The notes under the pieces: model-generated | Database searches by the model: none | Told to the model about the DNA's origin: nothing | What the model saw: only the letters and a program-made list of their open reading frames with translations | In this document: positions 48,255-57,347 of the stretch, piece by piece | How positions within the stretch are numbered: position 1 is the first letter of the stretch | Layout of the letters: each line of letters starts with the position of its first letter | Assembly (NCBI GenBank): GCA_002435985.1 | Contig: DIXD01000024.1 | Span: forward strand, 13,167-77,166 | Origin: Spirochaetaceae bacterium UBA6089 | GTDB taxonomy: Bacteria; Spirochaetota; Spirochaetia; Treponematales; Rectinemataceae | Direction: 5' to 3' | Length of the DNA: 64,000 nucleotides | Translations under genes and position numbers: made by a program

Positions 48255-48347
48255 GCACTAAAGCAATTGGCTCTTAAGCAATTGGCGCTGAAGTGAAGCA
48301 ATTAGCACAGAACAATTAGCACAAAGCAATTAGCACTAAAGCAATTG
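48255..48347. repeat. Six imperfect 14-20-nt tandem units, core AAGCAATT(A/G)GC
   Basis: gcactaaagcaattg, gctcttaagcaattg, gcgctgaagtgaagcaatta, gcacagaacaatta, gcacaaagcaatta, gcactaaagcaattg. Confidence 0.85.
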
Positions 48348-48352
48348 CCGAC

Positions 48353-48382
48353 AAAAAAGGCCGCCCATAAAGGGCGGCCTTT
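48353..48382 (-). terminator. Intrinsic terminator of the LysM lipoprotein gene
   Basis: AAAGGCCGCCC-ataaa-GGGCGGCCTTT with a T6 tract on the minus strand. Confidence 0.85.
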
Positions 48383-48411
48383 GGTCTATCAAGACCTTGC
48401 GCGTCGAAACA

Positions 48412-51400
48412 TTATTTGGCAAGCGGCTGATAGGTCTTGTTCGGGTCCCATACCCCCTCGCGAAGTTCTTTCTTGATGCTTGGAATCTTGAGCACTTGGC
48501 CGGGGAATATCAGGTGGGGGTTCGACGGATCTTTGAAGGTGGCCTTATTCGCCTCATACAAGACCGGCCACTTATACGGGTTGTTGTACACGAACGGATA
48601 CTCAGCGATCCTCCACAGGCAGTCCCTGCGCTCGGGAATAAGGCGCACTACATAACTCGCGGGCAATGGGGCAAACTCATCGATCTGCATCAGTGTCCAG
48701 TAGGACTGCGCCGCAAGATCCTTTGCGCGGGTATAGTCGAGTGCGTTGAAAGCGGTCTTGGCATCGGCGAGCGCCTCTCCTCCCTTCTTGAAGAGCTCGG
48801 GGTAGTTGTTGGCGGCATTTTTGGAGGCTACCCAGTCATACCTGCTCTGAGCATCTGCAATGGCCGTCTGTGCATATTTCATGTTCTGGGCAATTTCTGC
48901 CTCTGCTGCCTTTTTGGCCTTTTCTTTTTCGGCGGCCTCTTTTTCGGCTCTCTCGCTGGCGACCCTGGCCTCGAAGTCGGAAGAGAGGGTCGAAAGGACC
49001 TCGTTGGCGAGCATTGTGGCCGGCGCGTACTTCTCGATGCCGTAGGCTTTTTCAGCGGCGGTCATCGAGGCTGCGGCAGCCTGATATTCCTTAGGATAGT
49101 CGGCCTTGATATTGGCCTGGTCTGCCCACGCCATGCGGTCGCGCGCCTTCGGCAGCACCTCATCCGCCACCGCCTTGTCCTTGGCAAGTTGGGCAGCAGC
49201 ATCTCTTTCCTCATTCACCTGTGCCATGAAGTCGTCGGAGAGAATGCGGAGCACGTCGTTCGAGAGCGCTAAAGAAGCATCATACTCTTGCTGACTGTAC
49301 GCCAGGTCGGCGGCCTGCATCGAGGTGCTCGCATCGCGATATTCGTCGGGGTAGTCCGAGGCGAGGCCAACTTGCTCTGCCCATGCCATGCGGGAATGAG
49401 CCTGTCCGAGCAGATTCGCGGCATTGCTTGCCTTTTCAATTTCAGCACGCTCTTTGGCGGCTCTCTCGCTGGCGACCTTGGCCTCGAAGTCGGGAGAGAG
49501 GGTCGAAAGGACCTCGTTGGCGAGCATTGCGGCCGGTGCGTACTTCTCGATGCCGTAGGCTTTTTCAGCGGCGGTCATCGAGGCTGCGGCAGCCTGATAT
49601 TCCTTAGGATAGTCGGCCTTGATGTTGGCCTGGTCTGCCCACGCCATGCGGTCACGCGCCTTCGGCAGCACCTCATCCGCCACCGCCTTGTCCTTGGCAA
49701 GTTGTTCCTTTGCGGCGCGGTCCGAGGCTACCTGAACCTGGAAATCGTTGGAGAAGATGGCAGAAACTTGTTCGGCCTTCTCTTTCGAGAGCAGATAATC
49801 TTCGTTGCCATAGGCGACATAGGCGCCCACCATTGCGACGCTCGCTTCTTTATATTGATCCGGGTAATCGGTGCGGACCTGTTGCTCGTTGGCCCAGGCC
49901 ATTCTCGTCTCCGCATCGGCGAGCGCCGCGTCGGCGAGACCCTTGTTCAAGGCCTTCTGGCGGGCCTCCTCTTCAGCCTGGGCAGCCTTTGCCTTTGCGG
50001 CTTCTCTGGCGGCCAAGACTTGCTGCTGGAACTGGTCTGAGAGCGTAGTGGATACTTCTTCGGCAAGGGTCTTTGCAGGCACATATTTCTCGATGGCGTA
50101 TGCCTTTTCTGCAGCGACCATGGCACTAGTTGCATTGGTGTATTCTTTCGGATAGTCCGACTTGAGATTCACCCCGTCGGCCCATGCCATGCGCGCTTTC
50201 GCATCGGCGATCGCCGCGTCGGCGGCGGCCTTATCTTTTTCGAGCTGCTCGAGGCGGGCTTTTTCTCTTATCTGGGTCTCTTCTTTCACAAAGTTGTCGG
50301 AGAGCCCGATGTAGTTGAACACTTCATTGGCTTCGAAACGTGCATCGCTGTAAAGCATGTCTTCTTTGAGGGTATTAGCCTTGTCGAAGTGTTCGGCGGC
50401 TGCGGTGAGATAGATGTTCTCTTCCAGTCCGAGTTCGGAAGCCCTGTCCTTCGCCTCCGTCAAGCTGGTTTCGGCCTGTGCGATGGCATCGGCTGCATCC
50501 TGTGCTTTGACGTCGGTCACATCGAGGGCTGCCTCAAATGCGCTCGTCGCATCCGAATACAAGGAATAAGCGCTCTTATAGTTGCCTTCATCCATGTTTT
50601 TCTCGGCCTCCGCCAGGATATCCACTGCCTGCTGGTACTCGTCGGGGGCATTAACGTCAGCTTTCTTTTTGAGGGCTTCCTCTTGGGCTGCCGCGGCATT
50701 GTCTTTACCCTCGAGCGCCTTGATCTCGGAACCCTTGCTCTGCACGAAGGAGTAGTAATCCTTGGCTTCCTCGAAAACGGCCGTCGAGGCCTTTATGTCT
50801 TCCAGCGTGCCCTTTTGCCACAGGTCCTGAGCCTCTCGGTACTTGTCCTCGCCCATCGAGAAATACATCCGAATGCTTTCATATTCTGCATAGCCGTTCT
50901 TCTCGATGTCTTCACGCAGCGCGTTTACCTGTGCAGCGGCCGCGGCGCTCTCAAACGCGGCGGCGGCGAGTCGGTACGAGGCAATGGCTCCCCTGAAATC
51001 GGCGGCGTCATACTCCATCGAAGCCTGTGCATAATACTGCAGACCTGTGTCGTACTGTACTGAGGCCTGTGTGGGCGCATCGACGTTCAACGCTGCAGCT
51101 CTCGCTCCATCCGCTGCACTCTTCTCCGCATCCGCGCGGAGCGGCAGACCATTCTCAACAACACCAGTCCATGCGGCAACAAGGTCTTCCAGATCTTGTT
51201 TCAGTGGGTATGCCTTTACGCCATCATACTCGGCAGGTGCATCGACAAGCTCTTGGTATCGTGCAGCAACGGCATCGTGCTTGTTGTTCGCAGCAAGAAA
51301 ACCATCGGGATAGACCGAGTTCAAGTCGAAGTCAGTCGCTTCGGCCTTCAACATATTGGCCTGTCGGAATAGATTTTGCAGCTCATATTTCTCTACGGAA

Positions 51401-51573
51401 GGTTGCTGGGGTTGTATTTGAGGCTCAGGCGCAACCTCGGCTTGCTCCTGAGGTTGTTCTGGGACCACAGGTGGTATCTCTGTTTCCGTTGGTACCTGAC
51501 TGGTAGCGCATGATGCAAATATCAAGGCGACTACCACCATCAGTGGGAGAAACCGTTTCATGAATTTCATCAC
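48412..51573 (-). CDS. Large helical-repeat lipoprotein with C-terminal LysM (BB0323-like architecture)
   Basis: Lipobox IFASC; Ala/Glu/Lys-rich helical modules, six with (R)MAWA..DYP.EY; C-terminal RRDCLWRIA...W..LYEAN...P.LIFPGQVL.IP LysM. Confidence 0.85.
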   Translation of the reverse strand: MMKFMKRFLPLMVVVALIFASCATSQVPTETEIPPVVPEQPQEQAEVAPEPQIQPQQPSVEKYELQNLFRQANMLKAEATDFDLNSVYPDGFLAANNKHDAVAARYQELVDAPAEYDGVKAYPLKQDLEDLVAAWTGVVENGLPLRADAEKSAADGARAAALNVDAPTQASVQYDTGLQYYAQASMEYDAADFRGAIASYRLAAAAFESAAAAAQVNALREDIEKNGYAEYESIRMYFSMGEDKYREAQDLWQKGTLEDIKASTAVFEEAKDYYSFVQSKGSEIKALEGKDNAAAAQEEALKKKADVNAPDEYQQAVDILAEAEKNMDEGNYKSAYSLYSDATSAFEAALDVTDVKAQDAADAIAQAETSLTEAKDRASELGLEENIYLTAAAEHFDKANTLKEDMLYSDARFEANEVFNYIGLSDNFVKEETQIREKARLEQLEKDKAAADAAIADAKARMAWADGVNLKSDYPKEYTNATSAMVAAEKAYAIEKYVPAKTLAEEVSTTLSDQFQQQVLAAREAAKAKAAQAEEEARQKALNKGLADAALADAETRMAWANEQQVRTDYPDQYKEASVAMVGAYVAYGNEDYLLSKEKAEQVSAIFSNDFQVQVASDRAAKEQLAKDKAVADEVLPKARDRMAWADQANIKADYPKEYQAAAASMTAAEKAYGIEKYAPAAMLANEVLSTLSPDFEAKVASERAAKERAEIEKASNAANLLGQAHSRMAWAEQVGLASDYPDEYRDASTSMQAADLAYSQQEYDASLALSNDVLRILSDDFMAQVNEERDAAAQLAKDKAVADEVLPKARDRMAWADQANIKADYPKEYQAAAASMTAAEKAYGIEKYAPATMLANEVLSTLSSDFEARVASERAEKEAAEKEKAKKAAEAEIAQNMKYAQTAIADAQSRYDWVASKNAANNYPELFKKGGEALADAKTAFNALDYTRAKDLAAQSYWTLMQIDEFAPLPASYVVRLIPERRDCLWRIAEYPFVYNNPYKWPVLYEANKATFKDPSNPHLIFPGQVLKIPSIKKELREGVWDPNKTYQPLAK
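48945..49704. repeat. 247-bp near-identical intragenic direct repeat (48945-49191 and 49458-49704)
   Basis: Offset 513 bp (171 codons) with only a handful of mismatches. Confidence 0.92.
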
Positions 51574-51827
51574 TACCCTCCTGGGATGATATATACAGTC
51601 TTTGTTTAAATGATATACCTATATCGCAATCGAGTAAACAAGAAAAACAAAAATTTCTCTTTTCTCCGCTGCCTCCTCTAACGATGTTCTTTTCATTGAA
51701 AGATGAGAATCACGGTTGTCTGCAGATATAATTATATCACTCTATGTTCAGGACGACACAATTTTTCATAAAAAGAGTATGAAATAACTATGCTTTTGAT
51801 TATAGTATCTGTAGGAGTTGCATAGTC

Positions 51828-53051
51828 ATGAACGAAAGGTATGCCCTAGGGCATCGTCATGAGCCGACGGCAATGTTGGGGAAGGTTATCCTCCTCTGCG
51901 TTCTTTCTCTTTTCACCTCAGGCTGTGCGCTCGTTTCCTCTTCGTTTCCAAAAGGATTCGTGCAGATCCCTTCGAAGCTCGAGGCCTGGGAAAATCCGAG
52001 CGAGGGTTTTAACCTGGTCATCGTTTCGAACAATGACAGAGCGCAAGGATTTCTCGAGTGGGAAACGCAGGGTATCTATGGAAGAATAGTGGAAGCCGGA
52101 AAAAAGGGAAATGTGTGGACGCTCTCTCTGGGCGACGGAGGCATGGACGGGGTCGAATTGACCGCAGAGATGCAGGGCTCTTCGATCGAGGTGCGCTATA
52201 GCCCTCGTGACTGGACCGGGAGCGGCGGAGACCGAGAAGAAGTTAGGATCAAGGCGACTTGGGTTAAGGCTGCGAGAAGCTTACAAGTTTTGGCCGCAGC
52301 GTATACCACGCAACAAGAAGGGTATACCACGCAAGAAGAGGGCCGTAGCATGTCGCTTCGTCTTCAGTATCTCAGCGCAAGCCAGAAGTCTCTACGTCAG
52401 GTGTTCGACGAGGTGCTGAGGCGCAGTAAATCTCCGTACCAAAGGGCGGCCTTTGTGCGCGCCCAGCAGGAAACGATTTCCATCAATGTACATCAAAATT
52501 CTTCGGAAAAGTCGCAGCATCCCCCTCTACTCCTCGAATATGAGGAGATTCAATGCCCTGTCTTTATTTCCGAGCATTTTGTGAGCGTCGCGACTCAACA
52601 TTATCTGTTTGAAGGAGGGGCTCACGGCGCTGCCTCGACATCGTTCGACGTCATCGACCTCACGGCAGGTCGACGGCTCGACATCGGAGACATATTCGAG
52701 GGGGAAGGTTGGAAAACAGGTCTGTCTCCGCTGCTCAAGGCCGAGCTGCAGAGACAGCGAAGCTTCCAAGATGCACAAGAGAAGGCGGTGCTCGGTACCG
52801 GCCCTGCGGGAGGCGACGCGGATGTATCCGGTTACGAGCGAAGTTCGACCGATCTGCGTTCACTGGGTCTCTTCGAGCCGGATATCGTGCCGTCCGAGGA
52901 CGTCTTCATCTGTGGAAGCGGTGTCGGTTTCGAATATGACCGTTATCAGATTGCCCCATGGTATATGGGAGAATTCATCATCGTTCTGCCATGGCGCGAA
53001 CTGAAACCCTATCTTAGTTCACGCATGTTGTCCGCCGGCCTCTTCGAGTGA
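51828..53051 (+). CDS. Lipoprotein with C-terminal RsiV/PdaC-like (DUF3298) domain
   Basis: Lipobox FTSGC; YLFEGGAHG, G.RL.I.DIF, YQIAPWYMG motifs. Confidence 0.75.
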   Translation: MNERYALGHRHEPTAMLGKVILLCVLSLFTSGCALVSSSFPKGFVQIPSKLEAWENPSEGFNLVIVSNNDRAQGFLEWETQGIYGRIVEAGKKGNVWTLSLGDGGMDGVELTAEMQGSSIEVRYSPRDWTGSGGDREEVRIKATWVKAARSLQVLAAAYTTQQEGYTTQEEGRSMSLRLQYLSASQKSLRQVFDEVLRRSKSPYQRAAFVRAQQETISINVHQNSSEKSQHPPLLLEYEEIQCPVFISEHFVSVATQHYLFEGGAHGAASTSFDVIDLTAGRRLDIGDIFEGEGWKTGLSPLLKAELQRQRSFQDAQEKAVLGTGPAGGDADVSGYERSSTDLRSLGLFEPDIVPSEDVFICGSGVGFEYDRYQIAPWYMGEFIIVLPWRELKPYLSSRMLSAGLFE

Positions 53052-53077
53052 GTCCCAGGGCTCAGACCACCCAGGGC

Positions 53078-56000
53078 TCAGACCTTCGCGAGTTTCACTG
53101 TCCAAGTCTTTTCGCCGGCCTCCACCGGAGTTCCGCTCGCCTGCGAGGACCAGTCGATCTTCACCGCGAGCGTCTCCTCTGCGACGAGCTGATCGAAGCG
53201 GTCGAGCGCGGCGCGAAGATCTTCGTCGCCGGATATTGTCAACGCGATCCGGTCGGTGACCTCGAGGCCAGTTTCCTTGCGGGCATTCTGAATGCCGCGG
53301 ATGAGGTCGCGCACATAGCCTTCATAGAGGAGATCGGGCGTGATAGTCGTATCGAGAGCCACGGTCAGCGTGCCTTCATTGAGCACCTTGAGCCCCTGCC
53401 TTTCTTCGCGGACGATGTCGACCCGGTCCTTGTCGAGGCTGATGGTTTTACCTGACTGAAGCACAAGAGGCACCGTCTCTCCATTCAAGATACGCACAAT
53501 TTCCTCGGTGCCCAGTGCAGCGATCTTGGTCGCCGCCTCTTTCATATCCGGGCCGAGCTCCTTGCCGAGCACGCGGAAGTTTGCCTTCGCGTGGTATTCC
53601 ACGAGGTCTTCTTCCTTTTCGTGTACGACGACGGTTTTGACATTGAGCTCTTCGCGGAGAATGTCTTCCATACGTCTCAGCACTTCCTGCTCTTCGGGCT
53701 TGCGGGTTATGAGCTGCACCGAGGCGAGGGGCTGGCGGATTTTGAGGTCGTGAGCGACACGGAGTGCGCGCCCCATCGAGACGGCCTGACGAACGATGCG
53801 CATATCTCGTTCCAGCCCAATATCCCGATACTGTGCTTCTTCAGTCGGCCAGTGGAGAAGGTGGATCGATTCCGGTTCGCTCTCGAGTTTGAGATTCTGA
53901 TACATGGTCTCTGTGATGAAGGGTGTGACGGGGGCCATCACCATGGTCAAGCGGCGCAGTACCCTGTACAGCGTCTTGTACGCGCTCTTCTTGTCCGCAT
54001 CATTCTCGGATTTCCAGAAGCGTCGACGCGAACGGCGGATATACCAGTTGTTCAGGCTGTCGACGAATTCGACCATCGGTCCGATTGCGGCCTGGAGGTC
54101 GTAGGCTTCCATGGCCGTAGTGACGTCGGCAACCAGTTTTTCGCAGACCGAAAGGATCCACTTGTCGAGCGGATTTTCGACGCCGGCACAGTCAAACCCA
54201 TCGGCGACGAATCCATCGATGTTGGCGTAGGTGACGAAGAAGCTGTAGGCATTCCAGAGTGGAATGAGGACACCTTTGAGCACCTCCTTCACTCCTTCGT
54301 CCGAATAGCAGAGGTCTTCCGCCTTCGTCACGGCGGAATTCATGAGAAAGAGTCTCAATGCGTCTGCGCCGAACTTGTCCATCACTTCGGAGGGGTCGGT
54401 GTAGTTGCGTAGGCTCTTGGACATTTTCTTGCCGTCTTCGGCGAGCACAAGCCCGTTGACGACACAGGCCTTGAATGCCGGCTTGTCGAAGAGGGCAGCG
54501 GCGAGAACAGCCAGGGTGTAGAACCAGCCGCGGGTCTGGTCGAGCCCTTCGCAGATGAAGTCGGCAGGAAAGTTCTGTTCGAATTTCTGTTTATTATCGA
54601 AAGGATAGTGGTTCTGGGCATAGGGCATCGCGCCGGACTCGAACCAGCAGTCGAGGACTTCGGGAATACGGTGCATGGTTCCGCCGCAGGAGCAGGGAAG
54701 CGTGACCTTGTCGATGAAGTGCTTGTGAAGGTCCTCCGGCACCTCACCGCCGAGGTCGGCGAGCTCCTTGCGGGAACCCACGCAGACAGTCTTGCCGCAT
54801 GTGTCGCATTTCCAGATGGGCAGCGGATTGCCCCAGTAGCGGTTGCGGCTGATCGCCCAGTCGCGCGCATTTTCGAGCCATTTGCCGAAGCGCCCGTCGC
54901 GGATGTGCGAGGGTACCCAGTAGACACTCTTGTTTGCCCTGAGCATGGCTCCCTTCACTGGTTCGATCTTGACGAACCAGCTCGAGATGGCCCGATATAT
55001 GAGAGGGCTGCCGCAGCGCCAGCAGTGGGGATACGCGTGCAGAATCTGCTCACGCTTGATGAGTTTGCCCTCCTGCTTTAAGCGTTCCATGATCGCCTTG
55101 TCGCTGTCCTTGACGAAGACGCCTTTATAGTCGGGGACCTCGTCGGTAAACCTGCATTCGGCATCTACGGGGCACACCGTGGGTATACCGGTGCCGCGCA
55201 GCACCTCGTAGTCGTCTTCTCCGAAGCCGGGGGCAGTGTGCACGATGCCGGAGCCATCCTCGGTCGTGACATAGTCACCGAGGACCGTGACGAAGGCCCC
55301 CTTCTCGGAGAGGGAGGCGAAGTAGGGGAACAGCGGCTCATAGCGGATTCCAGCAAGTTCCCGTCCTTTCTTTTTCCATGCGATTTGGAGCGATTCGGGA
55401 TGCTTGTAATATGCACTTAACCTCGATTCCGCGAGGATATATCGTTCATTACCGTCTATTACGCAGACATAGTCGATGTCCGGCCCCAGCGCGAGCGCGA
55501 GGTTCGAGGGCAGGGTCCAGGGCGTCGTGGTCCATGCGACGAAATAGGTCGAGCCGTCGGCGAGGTCGGCGAGCCCCGCGTCTGGCTTCGAAGCGGAGAC
55601 GTCCGTTATCTTGAACCTGATTGTGATGGCCGGATCGTGGACATCTTTGTAGCCGCCCAGCGAGAGTTCGTGATTCGAGAGAACCGTGGAACAACGCGGA
55701 CAATACGGAAGTATGTAGTGGCCTTCGTAGATGAGCCCCTTATCCCAGAGCGACTTGATGACCCACCAGATCGATTCCATGTAATCGGGATCCATCGTCT
55801 TGTAGTCGTGGTCGAAATCGACCCAGCGCCCGAGGCGTGTGACGATCTGGCGCCACTCTTTGACGTAGCGGAGAACCGAGGCGCGGCAGGCCTCGTTGAA
55901 TTCGGCAATGCCGTAGCGCTCGATGTCGGTTTTCGAATTGAGGCCGAGTTCTTGTTCAATGAGGGTTTCGACAGGTAGCCCGTGGCAGTCCCATCCAAAG

Positions 56001-56245
56001 CGCCGCTCGACGCGGTACCCTCGCATGGTCTTATAACGGGGGAAAATATCTTTAATCGTGCCGGGGACAAAGTGGCCGAAGTGAGGTAGACCGGTCGCGA
56101 AGGGGGGGCCGTCGTAGAACACAAATTCCGGCGCACCTTCCCGCTGCGAAATGGATTTTTGGAATATCTTTCGCTCTTCCCAAAATTGTACGACCAATTC
56201 TTCCTGTTGAGGGAAGTTGACCTTGGGGTCAACGGGTTTATACAC
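53078..56245 (-). CDS. ileS: Isoleucine--tRNA ligase (type 2)
   Basis: DGPPFATGLPHFGH, GWDCHGLP, WTTTPWTL, SRNRYWG, EGLDQTRGWFY, KMSKS, NWYIRRSRRRFW. GTG 56245 follows GAGGAGG. Confidence 0.97.
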   Translation of the reverse strand: MYKPVDPKVNFPQQEELVVQFWEERKIFQKSISQREGAPEFVFYDGPPFATGLPHFGHFVPGTIKDIFPRYKTMRGYRVERRFGWDCHGLPVETLIEQELGLNSKTDIERYGIAEFNEACRASVLRYVKEWRQIVTRLGRWVDFDHDYKTMDPDYMESIWWVIKSLWDKGLIYEGHYILPYCPRCSTVLSNHELSLGGYKDVHDPAITIRFKITDVSASKPDAGLADLADGSTYFVAWTTTPWTLPSNLALALGPDIDYVCVIDGNERYILAESRLSAYYKHPESLQIAWKKKGRELAGIRYEPLFPYFASLSEKGAFVTVLGDYVTTEDGSGIVHTAPGFGEDDYEVLRGTGIPTVCPVDAECRFTDEVPDYKGVFVKDSDKAIMERLKQEGKLIKREQILHAYPHCWRCGSPLIYRAISSWFVKIEPVKGAMLRANKSVYWVPSHIRDGRFGKWLENARDWAISRNRYWGNPLPIWKCDTCGKTVCVGSRKELADLGGEVPEDLHKHFIDKVTLPCSCGGTMHRIPEVLDCWFESGAMPYAQNHYPFDNKQKFEQNFPADFICEGLDQTRGWFYTLAVLAAALFDKPAFKACVVNGLVLAEDGKKMSKSLRNYTDPSEVMDKFGADALRLFLMNSAVTKAEDLCYSDEGVKEVLKGVLIPLWNAYSFFVTYANIDGFVADGFDCAGVENPLDKWILSVCEKLVADVTTAMEAYDLQAAIGPMVEFVDSLNNWYIRRSRRRFWKSENDADKKSAYKTLYRVLRRLTMVMAPVTPFITETMYQNLKLESEPESIHLLHWPTEEAQYRDIGLERDMRIVRQAVSMGRALRVAHDLKIRQPLASVQLITRKPEEQEVLRRMEDILREELNVKTVVVHEKEEDLVEYHAKANFRVLGKELGPDMKEAATKIAALGTEEIVRILNGETVPLVLQSGKTISLDKDRVDIVREERQGLKVLNEGTLTVALDTTITPDLLYEGYVRDLIRGIQNARKETGLEVTDRIALTISGDEDLRAALDRFDQLVAEETLAVKIDWSSQASGTPVEAGEKTWTVKLAKV

Positions 56246-56442
56246 GATATCCTCCTCGATAATTTGAGGAATAATGCTGTATGTTGCAAAAGGTTTCAAT
56301 AGGTTGAGAGACTTCGGTTCTTCGGTTCTTTTGGTCCTCGCCAAAAATAACAAGCTGTGGTATAATTTCAAGAAATAATTAATTTCTGCCCCGAGGCATG
56401 GAGCAGCTATGGATCTGATTCGGCACGTGGAGGCACTGTTGA

Positions 56443-57318
56443 ATGCGCACCGAAGGTGTTGACATAGATTTTCGATTTGTCGAGGATGTCCAGCGTATAG
56501 ACCATGTCAGGCGTATTGTGCTCCGTGTTTCGGAGGGCGATATCACCGTGACCAAGTCGGAAGATGCGAATCTTTATTATTCTATTGAGCTTGAAGGTGC
56601 TTCTTCCGAAATCGACACATGGTCCTGCAGGCTCCGGCACGCCGAGAGCATCGCCATTCTCGACGTGATAGGCAATGAATTCGTGCGGATCGGTAAATGT
56701 ACTGTCTACATACCGCAGCATGTCTCCGATATCGAAGTACATTCTTCACGAGGTTCGATCCAGGTGCGCGACTTACAGTCGAACGTGCTCGCCATCACCG
56801 AGCGGAGCAGTATCGGCGTCAGGGCCGCCAAATTCGTCGAAGCTTCGAGCGTGAGCGGCGCCATCAGCATCGATCGTTGCGAAGGCTGTTCTGCGAGGAG
56901 CATAGACGGCATGATCAGGTGCAGCAGAATTTCAGGCTCGGTGCAGGTGGAGATACAGAACGGATCGGCCTTTATCGATCAGGTCGAGAAAAACGTGGCG
57001 GTGGTTTCCGAACAGGGCAAGGTGAGCGTGCGCGATGTCCGCGGGAGGATCAGACTCATCTCCAACAGGGGAGATATAGAATTCGAAGTCCTTGGTCTCT
57101 TCGGCGGAGGAGAAATCCAAACCTATTCGGGAGACGTCTCGGTTCAGCTCGAACATAGCAGCGTGGAATTCAGGGCCGAGACGCTCTCGGGGCGCATCGA
57201 TACCATTCATTCGGTGAACGCTGCAGGCATGGGACCGCAACGCTGCGCATTTCGCACCGGCGATGGCGCCCGTAGGCTCTATGTGAAGAGCGTTTTGGGC
57301 GACATCGAAGTGAATTGA
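56443..57318 (+). CDS. DUF4097-type beta-strand repeat protein
   Basis: Repeated S..G.I.v motifs (SSRGSIQV, SVSGAISI, SNRGDIEF, TYSGDVSV, SVLGDIEV). Confidence 0.75.
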   Translation: MRTEGVDIDFRFVEDVQRIDHVRRIVLRVSEGDITVTKSEDANLYYSIELEGASSEIDTWSCRLRHAESIAILDVIGNEFVRIGKCTVYIPQHVSDIEVHSSRGSIQVRDLQSNVLAITERSSIGVRAAKFVEASSVSGAISIDRCEGCSARSIDGMIRCSRISGSVQVEIQNGSAFIDQVEKNVAVVSEQGKVSVRDVRGRIRLISNRGDIEFEVLGLFGGGEIQTYSGDVSVQLEHSSVEFRAETLSGRIDTIHSVNAAGMGPQRCAFRTGDGARRLYVKSVLGDIEVN

Positions 57319-57347
57319 GTCGGATTTGGGCGACATCTCGGCGATGA

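Noticed and set aside
48302-48340. CIRCE element (TTAGCAC half-sites)
   Set aside because: Direct repeats without the inverted GAGTGCTAA half, and located between gene 3' ends.
48397-50040. Plus-strand repeated ORFs (291 and 250 aa)
   Set aside because: Antisense mirror of the LysM lipoprotein repeats.
56246-56371. ileS N-terminal extension or T-box leader
   Set aside because: A strong SD precedes GTG 56245; the region is short and has no T-box motif or terminator.
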